From contig JAWQFM010000023.1 in NCBI GenBank assembly GCA_033442325.1, positions 504,098 through 565,262 of the forward strand: 61,165 bases of DNA, read 5' to 3'. How positions within the stretch are numbered: the first letter of the stretch is position 1; each line of letters starts with the position of its first letter. The stretch is from Salpingoeca rosetta. Its lineage: Eukaryota > Protista > Choanoflagellata. Positions 12,197 through 27,672 of the stretch are shown here, piece by piece. The notes under the pieces are model-generated. The model saw only the letters and a program-made list of their open reading frames with translations, did no database searches and was not told the DNA's origin. Made by a program: the position numbers and the translations under genes.

Positions 12197-12709
12197 CAGG
12201 CAGACCCCCCCCCCCAACACCACACATATTCTCGACCACACTGTCATAGTCCTGTTTTGCTCATTACCTTCACACGCTGCCTTGAACGTCTCGAATAGGA
12301 CAAGAGCAAACAACCAGCCGTCAAGCCTACACAGCCAAAGGACACAGAGGTGAGATGATCGTTGTTCGATCATGTTGAATCTTGTGTTGCTCTTGCGGCT
12401 TGTGTGGGGCTCCAAAGTCCAAATCATCTCAACTCGCTGGTGCATGCGCGCGCGTTTGTGTATTTCGGGTTAGGGATTGGCTTGCAACGTGTGCGGCCAA
12501 GGGTTTTCGAGCAGAAACAAGCTTTTCCAACACATCAACACCACCGGGCACGCGCTCCACCCGAGTGAGTTGTGCTGCGCAGTCGCAGACAGCACACCGT
12601 GTCGTGTGGCCTGCCAGTACAGTTGCGACCCAACCGCATTATGTTCACTTGCACGGCACGCTCACGGCTGTCTGTACATGCTGGATGCTTTTCTGCCACA
12701 GAGTACGCC

Positions 12710-12771
<62 letters not shown>

Positions 12772-12976
12772 GCCGGCGGAGAAAGCACGAGAAGAGGAGT
12801 CAGCAGAAGCGCCCCAATCGTCGCGTGTGCAACAGAGGCGGCAGCGCGGCAGGAAGCAGGGCGGGCTGCTCCCAGGGAATGACATCAACGCCCAGGATGA
12901 CGACGATGATGACGATCCGTGGGCTGATGGTCCGCGCGGGAAGCGCGGGCGGAGAAAGCGCAAGGGCAGGCGCTGA
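7125..12976 (+). CDS. DNAJC21: DnaJ homolog subfamily C member 21 / Jjj1 (J domain plus two C2H2 zinc fingers; 60S biogenesis co-chaperone)
   Basis: MMKCHYE|VLGV...[15 protein letters not shown]|DKN...[21 protein letters not shown]; [10 protein letters not shown]; [18 protein letters not shown]; CVACNKVFK..|[10 protein letters not shown]; acidic tract; [23 protein letters not shown]; polyQ; basic C-terminus. The middle is disturbed by a gap and a duplication. Confidence 0.92.
7147..7440 (+). repeat. Intronic microsatellites (GT)n followed by (ACAAC)n
   Basis: Seen directly; representative of dozens of CA/GT tracts in introns throughout the window. Confidence 0.95.
7755..10156 (+). repeat. 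Near-tandem ~1 kb segmental duplication flanking an N gap
   Basis: 7755-7839 = 9123-9207; ~7920-8030 = ~9296-9405; ~8245-8786 = ~9620-10156 (two DnaJ exons). The first copy carries 1-nt insertions near the gap (gaacaagctc vs gaacagctc). Confidence 0.9.
8791..8897. other. Assembly gap (N run)
   Basis: Run of Ns. Confidence 1.
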
Positions 12977-13065
12977 AGTAGCACAGGTCTGCACTCGTCT
13001 TGATTTCGCATCACACACACGCCCGCACACGCCCGCACACGCCCGCACACGCCCGCACACGCCCA

Positions 13066-13097
<32 letters not shown>

Positions 13098-13430
13098 TAC
13101 ACACACACACGCACACACACACACACACGCACACACACACACACACACACACACGCCATCTCTCTCCATGTGCATACATTGTCTATGAGTGTACGTGCGT
13201 GCGCGTGCGTGTGTGCGTAGCGGCCCAGGCGTCGGCAGTCGCAAACACGTGCGTTTCGTGCCAGCGTTGGCCAGCTGTCACTTTTACTTGTGAGTGCACG
13301 GGCACATGTGTGTGTGTGATTCCATGGCTTGCATATTTCAAACAGGCATAGACAAACATACACTGAATCAAAGATGCCAGTTGTGACCACATCATCAGCA
13401 TGCGTGTTGTGGCGAAGCACAACCACGCAG

Positions 13431-13477
<47 letters not shown>

Positions 13478-13487
13478 CACACACACA

Positions 13488-13528
<41 letters not shown>

Positions 13529-13655
13529 CAGCAAGGGGGAGAAGAGGCGGCAAACGCCAGAGAAGAAGGAACAAACGGCGAAAGCGCTTTTCGAGTAGCA
13601 GAACAAGTGGTGGGGGATTTCTGGTCAAAGTTGTGCGCGCAAGAGAACCACACAT

Positions 13656-13946
13656 TCACGTGCCGCGTCCATGCCGATGCATCAGATACTCGTACGCTTT
13701 TGTCATTTCCTGCTCGTGTGCATGTGTGAGTCGGGGTGTTTGGGGTGAGTGAATGGGTGAGACAGTGGGCAAGTCAGGCGCATGGGCAGTTCATATGATC
13801 CCGCAAGCAACGACGGTTGATAGCTCACCATGAATTGGGCTGCGCATTCCTCCGTTGGGCACCTGTGCAGTGACAGCAACACCTGCGTGAGGACACGTTT
13901 CAAAAAGCAATGGCGGCATGCAACCGCGATTACCATCGCTTCAAGA

Positions 13947-13977
<31 letters not shown>

Positions 13978-14790
13978 CGCATGCAGAGGACAAATGCGAA
14001 CTTGTCTGGGTGGAGGTGGCGTGCGCGGCGACGGTACGCCGTCTTAATCTCCCGGATGGACGCCCCCGGTGCAAGGTCAAGCGTTGACAACGCCCTGGAG
14101 ACACACACACATGCACACACACATGCACACGCACATGCACACGCACACACACACACACACACACAGACACAGTGGTGCACATTCAGTGTGGATGTGTGTG
14201 AATGAAGAGAACGTGAGTGTTGTGGCATTCATCTTCTCCCTCACCCAGCCTTTCTCAATCATCATCATCACCATCACAAGCCACGTGTGGCGGTGTGGAA
14301 CCTACGAGTCAGCTCGCGCAGAGGGCCCCTCGATGGCTTCCCAGATTTGTCGCTTGCACTCGTCAAAGTCTGCCGAGCACTGGATGTAGAAGAGATAAAA
14401 CGCCTGCTTGTGCTCCTCCCACTGCGGCGAGTTGATGTACACGTAGCAGTGGCCGGCAACTGTGTCCTCCTTCTCGTTGAGTTCGATGCGCGAGTGGAAC
14501 GCAAATGCGCTGGTGACGAGCGCCCAGAAGAGGGCAACGCGGAAGAAATAGCGCAGCGCACGCCACCACCCCGACGGCCTGGCGTGGCGGGGGAGGTGGC
14601 GGAGGAGGAGTTGGGGGGGGGGGGGGGAGGAAGGCAGTGATGACAGGGCAGGCGATAAGTGTTACAGCATGTCGCACGCGGAACGCAGGTGGGTGGGGTG
14701 GATGAACCCGGCGTCACACCTGAAACGGCTGATGAACACAGACACAGACACAGACATACATACATACAAACACACATACAAACACACATA

Positions 14791-14872
<82 letters not shown>

Positions 14873-15385
14873 ATGCGGCGCACCGTGGGAGCGCGGCCAT
14901 TTCCTGTGGAGACAGGTAGCGGCGAGACCACGCGTAGGCGGCGATGGCCACGACGGCCACCCAGAAGCACGACCCGGCGTCCCCGTACTTGACGTGATCC
15001 ACCTCCCCAGCTGCAGCGGGCCAGAACAGCATAGCAGGTGAGCGGCAGCAGCACTGAGGAGACGGTGTTGCATGTGAGAATTGATACCAGTTGTGGCTCA
15101 TCACCAGACCTTCGTCACGAAGCGCAGCGGCGAGGAGAGCCTCCATGACCATTGCGCCAATGAAGGCACCGCGCGTGTTGCCCTGGTTGTCGTGGAGTTG
15201 ACGCACAAGGTCGTGCAGAGGTGTTAGCAGCGTCCAGGGCGAAGGATCGCAGGTTGTGGAAGTAAGGGCACAACGGCACAGGCTTGAGCAGATAAGCAAC
15301 ACGGAAAGAGAGACAAAAGCGACAGAGAGAGAGCGACCTCATGTAACTTCACACACACACACACAGACACACACACACACACACA

Positions 15386-15426
<41 letters not shown>

Positions 15427-15672
15427 TTCTGTATCCGAGGTCACCAATGTTGGCGACCGTCCACGCAGCGGCGAGGCCTCCGAATATGCCGGCGATTCCA
15501 GTTGGCCACGGCAACGAAAACTGGTGTTCCGCCATGCAAGTTCGTACACATACGAGTACAGCGTCAGCCACTGCACAAAGTGAAACAAAGCCAACTCCTC
15601 AAACTCCACGCCACACAGACAAACAGATGGACAAACACAGGGCCCGGAGACAGACAGACAGACAGACAAACA

Positions 15673-15736
<64 letters not shown>

Positions 15737-16752
15737 AGTACACCAGCACGTCACGATGCGACTCACCCGCGGGTCTTGGGGAACAGCCCAAAAGGCAATG
15801 AAGCGCAGGTACATGGCAAAGATCAGCTGGCCAATTGTTCGCACGGCGAGGACGGCTGTAAATGGTGTACAGGACAATGGCGTGAGGGAGGAATACAGGC
15901 TTGTCAATGCAGCGCCAGCGTGAGGCATCACGAACAGCAGGGAACACAACAACGGCCGTGCTAGCAATCAGGGGACCTGGTTTTCGACTCGCTTGCAGCA
16001 GCTGCCGGCGGTTCACCATGAACACGGATGTTTTGTTGACCTCCTGCACGCGCACAGCACCCCGGGACGAGCGGCATTTGGTGGGATGTATCACAGAAAG
16101 TGCAGGGGAGATCAGCACGGTCGTGTGTGGTGGTGCATGTGCGTCTGAATCAGGCAGAGCTCGCTGTCACAACCGCAATGAGGGACTTGAGTGTCTGTGT
16201 CTGTGTCTGTTCGCGTGAACTCGTTCGCCTGTGCACGTGCCAGCACATGGCTGTGTGTGTGATGCGTGTGTGACGCAGTTATGACTCGCGGTCTTGTTAG
16301 CACTTGAACAAGCATGTATGGCGCCGCGAGAGCAGCAACACGTACGTCCAAATATGTGTTGATGCGGAACATGTCGTAAATCAGGCCAATGCCAAATCCT
16401 CCAAAGCTAATGGCCCAAAGGAATGCTGCCACCAAAACGGAACGGGAGGGAGGCATGAGCGGCCAAGCAAGCAGGGACACCTTTGTGACGCCACAACCCA
16501 ACGTCCCACAACAGCACACTCCCTGACGCAGCGACAGACACAGCACACCTCACACATGCACATACACAAGATACAAACACACACACACACACACCACACA
16601 GAGTTGCGCAGTTGCCCATCCAATGGGTTACCTTGGAAGTCTCGCTTGAGATAGTAATGGTGTGCACCAAAGCCACCAAACAGCAGCCAGCGCACCCACA
16701 CCCCAAACGATGTGCGCTGTGGCTCCCTGCGCCGACCTTCCCCTGCCATCAT
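13656..16752 (-). CDS. DNAJC22: DNAJC22/wurst-like multi-pass membrane protein (N-terminal TM2 domain, C-terminal J domain)
   Basis: N-terminus WLLFGGFGAHHYYLKRDFQ|AFLWAISFGGFGIGLIYDMFRI (TM2 motif). Several hydrophobic exons follow. C-terminus ALSTLDLAPGASIREIKTAYRRRARHLHPDK|CPTEECAAQFM|EMTKAYEYL...stop at 13656. Confidence 0.85.
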
Positions 16753-16842
16753 GCGTGCGGGCTGTTGCAGTGGTTCTTTGTTTTGGTTGTGGGATGTGTC
16801 AGACAATTCGGAAAAGTGTCGGGCATCTCAACAAATCATCTG

Positions 16843-16946
<104 letters not shown>

Positions 16947-17157
16947 TGCAAACGGTGGGCTGGGTGGTTGTATTCGGGCATAAGCTTATGCGTTACGCGA
17001 AGCGTGCTGCCATCACAGCACAAAAACTGGTCAGCCCACACAGGCGAAACAAAACTGTGGTGATAAAGGATACACACACAGACACACACAGACACAGACA
17101 CAGACACAGACACAGACACAGACACACACAGAGCTGCAGCAGGCATCAATGGTGGTC

Positions 17158-17688
17158 CTAAAACTCCCATGCGAGCGGGTCATCATAACTGTGCGCAGGA
17201 GGCAAAACGAACAACGACAAACGTCAGCAGCAGGGGTGAGATGAAATGCGGCGCAACCCTCATGCGCAGCGTCATGTGCAAGTTGGGTAACACCGCACGC
17301 AATCAACAATTCGAGGGACACACACGCACACACACCAAATTCCACCAATAACGTGCCCTGCACACAAGCACACAACGAACAAATGCACGAAAGAACGAGC
17401 GAACGAAACACACATGAATGCACACAATCAAGGCTTCAATCCCCCACATACACACACGACACACAGACACACCAACGACGTACAATTGCCGCCTGTGCTC
17501 GGCGTCATCGTCATCATCGTCAGAGCTGTCGCCTTCATCTGCGTGTTTGCTGTCAAAGGTGTACGTCTTCAGCAACTGGCACAGCTTCTTGGTGTTCTTT
17601 GCGCCTTTGATTGGCTTCACCTTGAGCATGTGCTCGGCAGTCGCCCGCTGCACACACATTCACGGACGAGACGGGAGACGCGCGTTGA

Positions 17689-17728
<40 letters not shown>

Positions 17729-17858
17729 ACGTGGGTATGTGTTGGGGCACAGATGTGAGTAAGAAGTGGATGCGAATGCAAGAGCGCTTACACCAATGAA
17801 CATGCTTCGCTTCCATATGGGAGGGCGGGGGAAAGTACAAGGGAAAGCGCATGACCAG

Positions 17859-17913
<55 letters not shown>

Positions 17914-18503
17914 CGTTGAGTCACACAGACAGACAGATTGGCAGAAAGACGGTGACAGAAGCAGACAGACACACACACACACACGCACACACACAGACAC
18001 ACACGCACACACACAGACACACACACACACCTGCTGCGGGTCCTTTGTGAGCATCTTGCAGCAGCAGTCGGCGTAGGGGCGTGTGTGCTTGACTTGCAGC
18101 GTGGGGGGATCGTTGGCAGCAAGCAGCTGCATCGCCTTCAATGGGTGCTGGTCCGAATACGGCGGCGATCCAGACACTGCACGCAGCAGCCGCGGGGGGG
18201 GGGACGCCAATTCCCACATCACACAGTGGAAGTGAACAGCAGGGCGAGGGAGATCGAAGGGTTACTCAGAGCAAAAGTCATCAGAAGGCGATGGAACAGC
18301 AGCAGGAGCTGGGCAACACCAGCACAGCACGCCACCACACCTAAACACCAGGGGATGTGTGCAGATGCACCAAAACACGCACACAGACACGCTACAAGCA
18401 GGAACATAACGCCATACACGCACGCTCGCGCACGTACACACAGACACACACACATACACAGACACACATGCGCACACAGACACACACTCACAACCACACA
18501 CAA

Positions 18504-18540
<37 letters not shown>

Positions 18541-18965
18541 AACACACAACACACTCACCCAGTTCGATAGCAACAATGCCCGCAGACCAGATATCACTGG
18601 CGGAGCTCACGCCCTTCCGGCGGATAATCTCTGGTGCCATGTACAGCGGCGTGCCTGCAAACTGCTTTGCATGATTGTTGCCGTCCGCCGGCCGAGGCCG
18701 AGCAGCGGGGGGCAGCCAGTCCTCGTAGCATGACGGCGCCGACGTTGTTGGAGCGCTGGACTGTGTTTGGGCGGGCGCGTCGGTCTCGGGCGTGGAGGCG
18801 GCGCCCACTTGGCCCACTATTGCCACGCCAAAGTCACACAGCTTCACAACGCCGTCGTGTGTCAAGAGGAGGTTGTTGGACTTGATGTCGGAGTGAATCC
18901 ACCCAAAGGCATGCATGTATGCCAGGCCCTGGATAAAGCCAAGGGCAAGCACATGTGTGTGTGTA

Positions 18966-19045
<80 letters not shown>

Positions 19046-19148
19046 TGTGTGTGTGTGTGTGTGCGTGTGTGTGTGTGTGAGTGAGTATGTGAGTAGGTGC
19101 GACACGATGGGCTCTGCGAAGGATAGGAATCCTCCGCTGCCGATCCAC

Positions 19149-19186
<38 letters not shown>

Positions 19187-19739
19187 GCACACAATTATAC
19201 AATCACGCAAGTATACAATCACACACGCACCTGGAGCATGCCGCGTAGAATGATGGCTGCGACTGCTTCTGAGAGGGGTCCTTGGGCTTTGACAATATCG
19301 GCAACGGAGCCAGCAGAGGCCAGCTCCATGGCCATCCACAGCCGCTTTCCTCTCAAAGTGGCCGAATGCAATCGCACTAGATTCTCGTGTTTGCTCATGC
19401 GCATCACCAGCACCTCCCTCTGCGCGCAGCACGTGGCGTCATCAGACACAGGCAGACGAGCGCCACCATGTGAGTAAGTGCATGGATGTGATTGCGTCAA
19501 GATGAAGAAAAAGGCAGATCAAATCAACAAACACCGTGCTGCAAAGCCTGCAGTGTTCAATGTATGCATGGGTTTACCGCAATGTCCTCGATGGCGACGG
19601 GTGTGTCCAGATCCAAGACCTTGACTGCAAAGTGAGGCGTGTGCTTCTCGTACCGGTGGCGGCATCGATACACCAGGGCAAAGTTGCCTTTGCCAATGCA
19701 TTCGATGCGCTCAACATCCTCAAGCAACCGCCTGCTCAT
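17158..19739 (-). CDS. STE20/GCK-family Ser/Thr protein kinase (MST3/4- or OSR1-like), non-RD
   Basis: [71 protein letters not shown]|[24 protein letters not shown]|RATA, acidic tract, terminal DPLAWEF*. Confidence 0.88.
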
Positions 19740-20544
19740 CTTGGCGTGAGCCTGTGTCGCTTGCAGAAGGCGTGCCCGTGTGTCTGCTTGTGTATGTGCG
19801 ACAGTGACCAGGGAGATTCGGAGGGCGGGAGAGATTGGGGAGCAGAGGGGGAGGGGGGAGGTGTTGGTTGGTGTTGTCTTTGCTTCTTCCCGTTCTTCTT
19901 GTTTGTTTGTTTGTTTGGCTTGTAGATGTTTCTATGGAGATTTCAACAAATTCTCTACAATCATGCGTGGGTGTGAAGGATGGCACAACATGCACGCACG
20001 CACGCCATACACGCACGCGAACAGCAGGCAGCGATGACATGATGTGCCCATGCGAGTGCCACGGGCCTGTGAGTGTCACGGGCGTGTAAGGCGCCATGCG
20101 CGTGCGGTCGCCACGTGTAGCCACGCACTTACGCCATTGTTATCGTGATTTTTGCGTTTGTCTGTGGTCGTGAAAACACTTTCCAGCTTCTCATACACTT
20201 TTCCCTCGCACACACAAACACACTTGCTTCCTACTACCTGTGACAACACCTTCCAGCTGTCATTTTCCTTCAAGCACCTCTCCCACTCCCACTCCCACTC
20301 CCCTCTGCCCCCCCCCCCTTTGTTCACGAAGACGCTGCCCGTGGCCGTGTCCCATTTTTCCTTCGCTCCTCCTTCTACTTGCTTTTTCTCAGCCCACCCC
20401 GCCACCACGTGTGTTTCACTTCACCCATGTCAGTTTCGTCTACTGTGGCCGCCCTGCCCCCACAGCAAGGTCCCAGCCCCCCTTTGCCTAGATCACCTCC
20501 AGCCAATTCGCTCACAAGACCAAGACCAAGACCAAGACCAAGAC

Positions 20545-22501
<1,957 letters not shown>

Positions 22502-22908
22502 GTGGACACGCGACTGCCTGTATTGGGCGGGAATGCGACCATTGCACTCACTTGCCATGTGCTTCCAGCGTGTTTGCGTGCTAGATGGCGCATGCCCTCG
22601 CTTCAACGTGTTGTTTGTGCGCTTTGATGGCGTGTGATGAGCTTTGACTTTCTTCAGTGGAGGTGGTGGTGAGATGTGTGGCGTCTTGTTGTGGCTTGTC
22701 CTTTGCTGTGTCCTTCTGTTGCGTCTCTGCTTTCTTGCTGGTTTCTTGCATTTACTTCAACCAATCGCTCGTTGTAACGTGGCCTTTCCTCTTGCTTTCA
22801 TCTGTGCAACCTCTAAGCTGTTTATCCGTGCGTATCTGCCCTCGCTTCATCTCCCCGTTTCAAGACTTTGTGCGACTTTCAGCGCAACTAAGCAAGCATA
22901 TGCGTGCG

Positions 22909-22971
<63 letters not shown>

Positions 22972-23165
22972 GTTGTTGTTTGTTGTTGTTTGTTGTTGTC
23001 TAATTGTTGTTGGTACTTGGAGCACAAAGAACATGCCAGGTTGAACGAACGTCAGCAATTATAATCTCGCAGTCAGCAAAAGCGAAGGAGCACGGTGGCG
23101 GCGGTGATTTTGTCTGCTGCTGCCCACAAACGGAGGTGCGGAGCACCGCAGGGCTGGTTGAATGA

Positions 23166-26100
23166 TCACGCAGCCCCATACAAGCGTGCAATCACACGCG
23201 CGAGTGTTGGCCCAATCTTCCGCGTTGTGCCCTGACGCGTGGTGAACTCCATCGCAGCTAGCGTCTTCTGCAGCTCCTCTGTCATGTATTCAGGCGCAAG
23301 CACATACATGTATGTATGAACGTGTGTGTATGCATTTGTGCGCATATGTGTGCGCGTGTGTGTGTCGTGAGTACGGATGGGGTTGTTGACAGGCAAACTG
23401 CGATACGCAAACAATTTCGTTGTCAAGCACGTCACACCATACACACCCGAGCGCACAAGACGTTCTTTCACGCACCAAGACCCATGCACACGTACGCTCA
23501 TGCGCTGCTTTGGTGATGGCTGCCATTGTTGGATAGCGGGACACAATGGCCACGGCCTTTTCTTGCGTCAGGCCAGAGATGTGCATCAGCTGTGTCATGA
23601 GCATCTGCGACGCCGTCATCTCCTGGCAACGGGCAGAAAACAAAACCAGGCGGGAAAAGGAAGGTACGCGTGTTCATGTGCACGTACGTGTGTTCGTGTG
23701 TATGTATGTGTGTGAGTGTGCGCATGTGTGCGCATGTGTGCGTGCGTGCGTGTGATTGCAGCAGCCAACCGAGAGAATTGTATGTGTATGTGTTGGGTGA
23801 TTTCCTTGGACCGGAGTATGTTATGAGATATGAGATTGCAGCAGGAGAAACATTTCTACAGCGACTGCTTCAGCTTGCATACCGGAGACTTGACGTTGCT
23901 CTCGTTGAATTCGCCAAACTCATCACCAACATGTGCTGATGGGAAGTTCTTTAGCAGTGCTCTCGCTCCCCGGCCTGAAAAAACATACATGCACATGCAC
24001 ATGGAGTAAGATCTCTTTGAATCAACGACAGGGGGGGGGGGGGGAGAAAGGGTGTGTGCGAATGTATGTATGTATGTATGCATGTATGTATGTATGTATG
24101 TATGTATGCATGTATGTATGTATGTATGTATGTATGTATGTATGTATGTATGTATGTATGTATGTATGTATGTATGTATGTATGTATGTATGTATGTATG
24201 TATGCATGCGTGTGTGTATGTGCAACGTGGCGTGCCAGCCTCACCTCTGGCAATGGCCGGTCGCTGCTGCATGGACTGCTCGAGAAAGCGCGTCACAAGC
24301 GTCAGGTACGCCACAGTTGCATTCAGGCTGGCTGTCTCCTTAACGAAGAAGCCTTGGCAGTAGGCGTTGTCCACGGCTTGGCGCAGCGTCGCGGCCGGTA
24401 GTCGCGCAGAGTCGCCCCGCCCTGCCGACAGATACAACATGGTCGTGGTGTGTGTTTGGGATGAGGCAGATGGGTCGGTTTCGTGTGACGCCAGAGACAG
24501 TGGAGGGATCAAGTGCCAGCCAACGACACGGTTGCAACTTGCTGACACAACAATGAACCAAGCACATGCACAGCGCGCGCACACAGGGACGCGGACGCGG
24601 ACACGGACACGGACACACACAAACACAAACACAGACACACACAAACACAGACACACACACACACACTCAAACACACGCACACACATACACACACACACAC
24701 GCACACACTCAAACACACGCACACACATACACACACACACACGCACACACACGCAACCGCACACAGCAGCAGCAGCACCCAGGCGTACCGTAGTGCTCAA
24801 TGAGGTAAATTGGGTGCTTTGCAGTGCAGGCGGCGAGACGGCGCTTCTGCTCGCTGAAGCGCCCGTCCATGATGCTTGATGCAAGGTCGTCGATGCGTTT
24901 GCGTTCAACCACGTAATCAAGCGCAATCTCCCGCCTGGCAAACAGCAGTGAGCGGCAGCGCACGACGCGTAAGCGAACGGTGATTACACTTTTAGCTCGG
25001 CAGATGCAGGTATCAGCAAACAGAGACGGGGAAAAAAGGACAGTAGTCGGGCAGGCCAGTGGGGCACATGTGAAGGGAGGACCAACTAAGCACGCATTCT
25101 CAACATTGCAATCATACAGCGACAAAAGCAGCAGCAACAATGTAAATGTGCCTACATGCATGATCACATGGAGGAATGCAGCTGCACCTTGGCGGCGGGT
25201 GCAGTTGTCCCAGGACAGGAGACGTTCGTTCGCGCGCAATCCAGATGAAGTCGCCGACGGAGAGCTTGCGCACCTCGCACGCAACACCCAGGTCAGACAG
25301 CCGTTTCTGCCAGTGACCAAAGAGCAGGTGCGTTTCATGCAAGCACATGTAAGCATTTGTTAGCAATTGTAAGCATGGCACATCATGACAGCACATGCAC
25401 AGCCTTGCTCATCACTTAGCAAGTTTGAGAGTGATCCACATTCCTCATTGCACACGCTGACGCGGTCCTGCACATGCGCATGCATCACATCGTCCCGCTT
25501 TGCACCTGTATGATGCCCTTGTCTCGACGTGAGCCCGTGTGTTCCATCACGTCCACCAGCAGCACAATGTCAAATGCGCCAGGCTGCAGCACAAAGGCGC
25601 TTGCCGTTGTTCGCCCAGAGGCTGTTGGCGAATCCACGTCCCCCAGCGCCGCGGCCACTGATGTTGTTGTTGGCGACGACGATGATGCGGTGACGGTTCT
25701 CAATCTCGTGTTGTTGCGAAGCTGTACGACACGAGAAATGGTGGCATGCGGCGTGCTTGTTGAATGGATGGCCTCCATTGGGGCAGGTGTACGTGTCACG
25801 CCATCATCGTCAGTGGTACCATCATCACCACCAGGGTTGTCATGATTGCCATGGACATGATCACTCTCAAGTTCATGCACATCATCACGGTCGTGATCGT
25901 CATCCTCATCGCTGCTGCTGACAATACGCCGTCGACGGTTCAAAGCCACTGTTTTGGTGGACGCAGCGGCTGTCTTCGCTGCGCTCTTGTACTTGCTGCG
26001 TGTGCGACTGCGCTGTGGAAGTGTCGGCGATGCCTCCGCACAAATGCCGGCGCGGCGGCGAATTCGCGCAGACAGCGACAGCTGCTCATACCTTTACGCA

Positions 26101-26271
26101 TGGAAGGATGATGTGCGCAGAGCACAAGCAGCGGCAGTGTGCATATGAGTGAGACTTTCTGCTGCGACGGGCAATTGTGACGAGCATATCATATGCCAGG
26201 TGTGCAGCACATAGACGCACACACACACAGAGGTACATACACACACAGAGGTACATACACACACACAGAGG

Positions 26272-26340
<69 letters not shown>

Positions 26341-27281
26341 AGGGGAGCACGCAGATACAGAGGTGCACGCAACCCCCCCCCCAACACACGCACACAAGTA
26401 TACACACTGACCGTTTGGTGCTGGAAGCAGGAGTTGCGTGCGATGCAAACGCCGAGAGGTTGTCTGCATCCAGGGGTGAAAAAGGACTGAACATTGGACC
26501 AGCACCATCATCACAAAGGCTGAGCTGCAGAGGCGTGTGGGGCAGGGTTGTGTCTGCGGTGGTGTCATTGGGCATGTCATCATGATTCGTGTCAGCACCA
26601 CGGGGAACACCGGAGTTTTCGCCATGACCATCATCGTCGGTGAACCAGTCGCAGCTGTTGTCGTCGTGGAGCGTGTCATTATTCGTGCTGTCTGCAATGC
26701 CACCGCTCCTGCTGCCACCGTCGTCCTTTCCATCTTCGAGGCACGAGCGTTTGCTGTTATTGTCGCGTTTACCGCGACCCATCACACCATCCTCGGTTTG
26801 ATCATCATCATCACCATCATCACCATCATTGTCATGATCACTATCGTCACTATCATCAGCATGATGATCATCATAATCGTCATCAATCAGCATGTGTATG
26901 GGGCTGCTTACGTCTGCTCCCGCATCCCTCGCGTCGTTCAACTTGTGCAGAGCGTGCCGTGAAGGCGATGCTGCTGCGAACGCATGCGTGGCTGCTGCTG
27001 TCAGTGCTGCTCGTTGCGGTGTGCTGTATGACACCGCCACCGGCGTTGCGTTGCCTTTCAATTCTTGCTGTCGAGCTCTCCCTTCCCTCTTTTTGCGGGC
27101 GCGCAGGCGCTGCAGTCTGTAGTTGCTTGTTTGTGCTGCAGCATGAGTTGTGCCATACACAAGACAGGACAAAACAAGACAGGCACACAGACTTTCGGGA
27201 AGGCAAGTAAAACGCCAAGTACCCAAGCCAGTCACGACGAAGACGGCGACAGACACACAGGCACAAAAGTTCACAAACAGA

Positions 27282-27360
<79 letters not shown>

Positions 27361-27600
27361 CTGACCGTGGGGAACGGCGAGTGGGGATGGGGCGGCGTAT
27401 GTGTGATGAACGCTTGCGGCCTTGGTGGATAAACCGCTCACAGGGCGCACAAAGCACTTCATCGCACTCCTTGCACTGATGTGTGTGTACGTTGGGGGTT
27501 CACATGCAAGCAAATTATGGCAGAAAAAGGTGAGCTTGAGCTGGCGCACACTCAGGCGGCATCGCTTTCCACTGCTACACAGAGCAGTTTAACCGCTGTC

Positions 27601-27672
<72 letters not shown>

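Noticed and set aside
7125-16752. Two adjacent J-domain genes as a functional cluster or tandem duplication
   Set aside because: They belong to different subfamilies (DNAJC21 vs DNAJC22) with different architecture and are convergent. Adjacency is probably coincidental.
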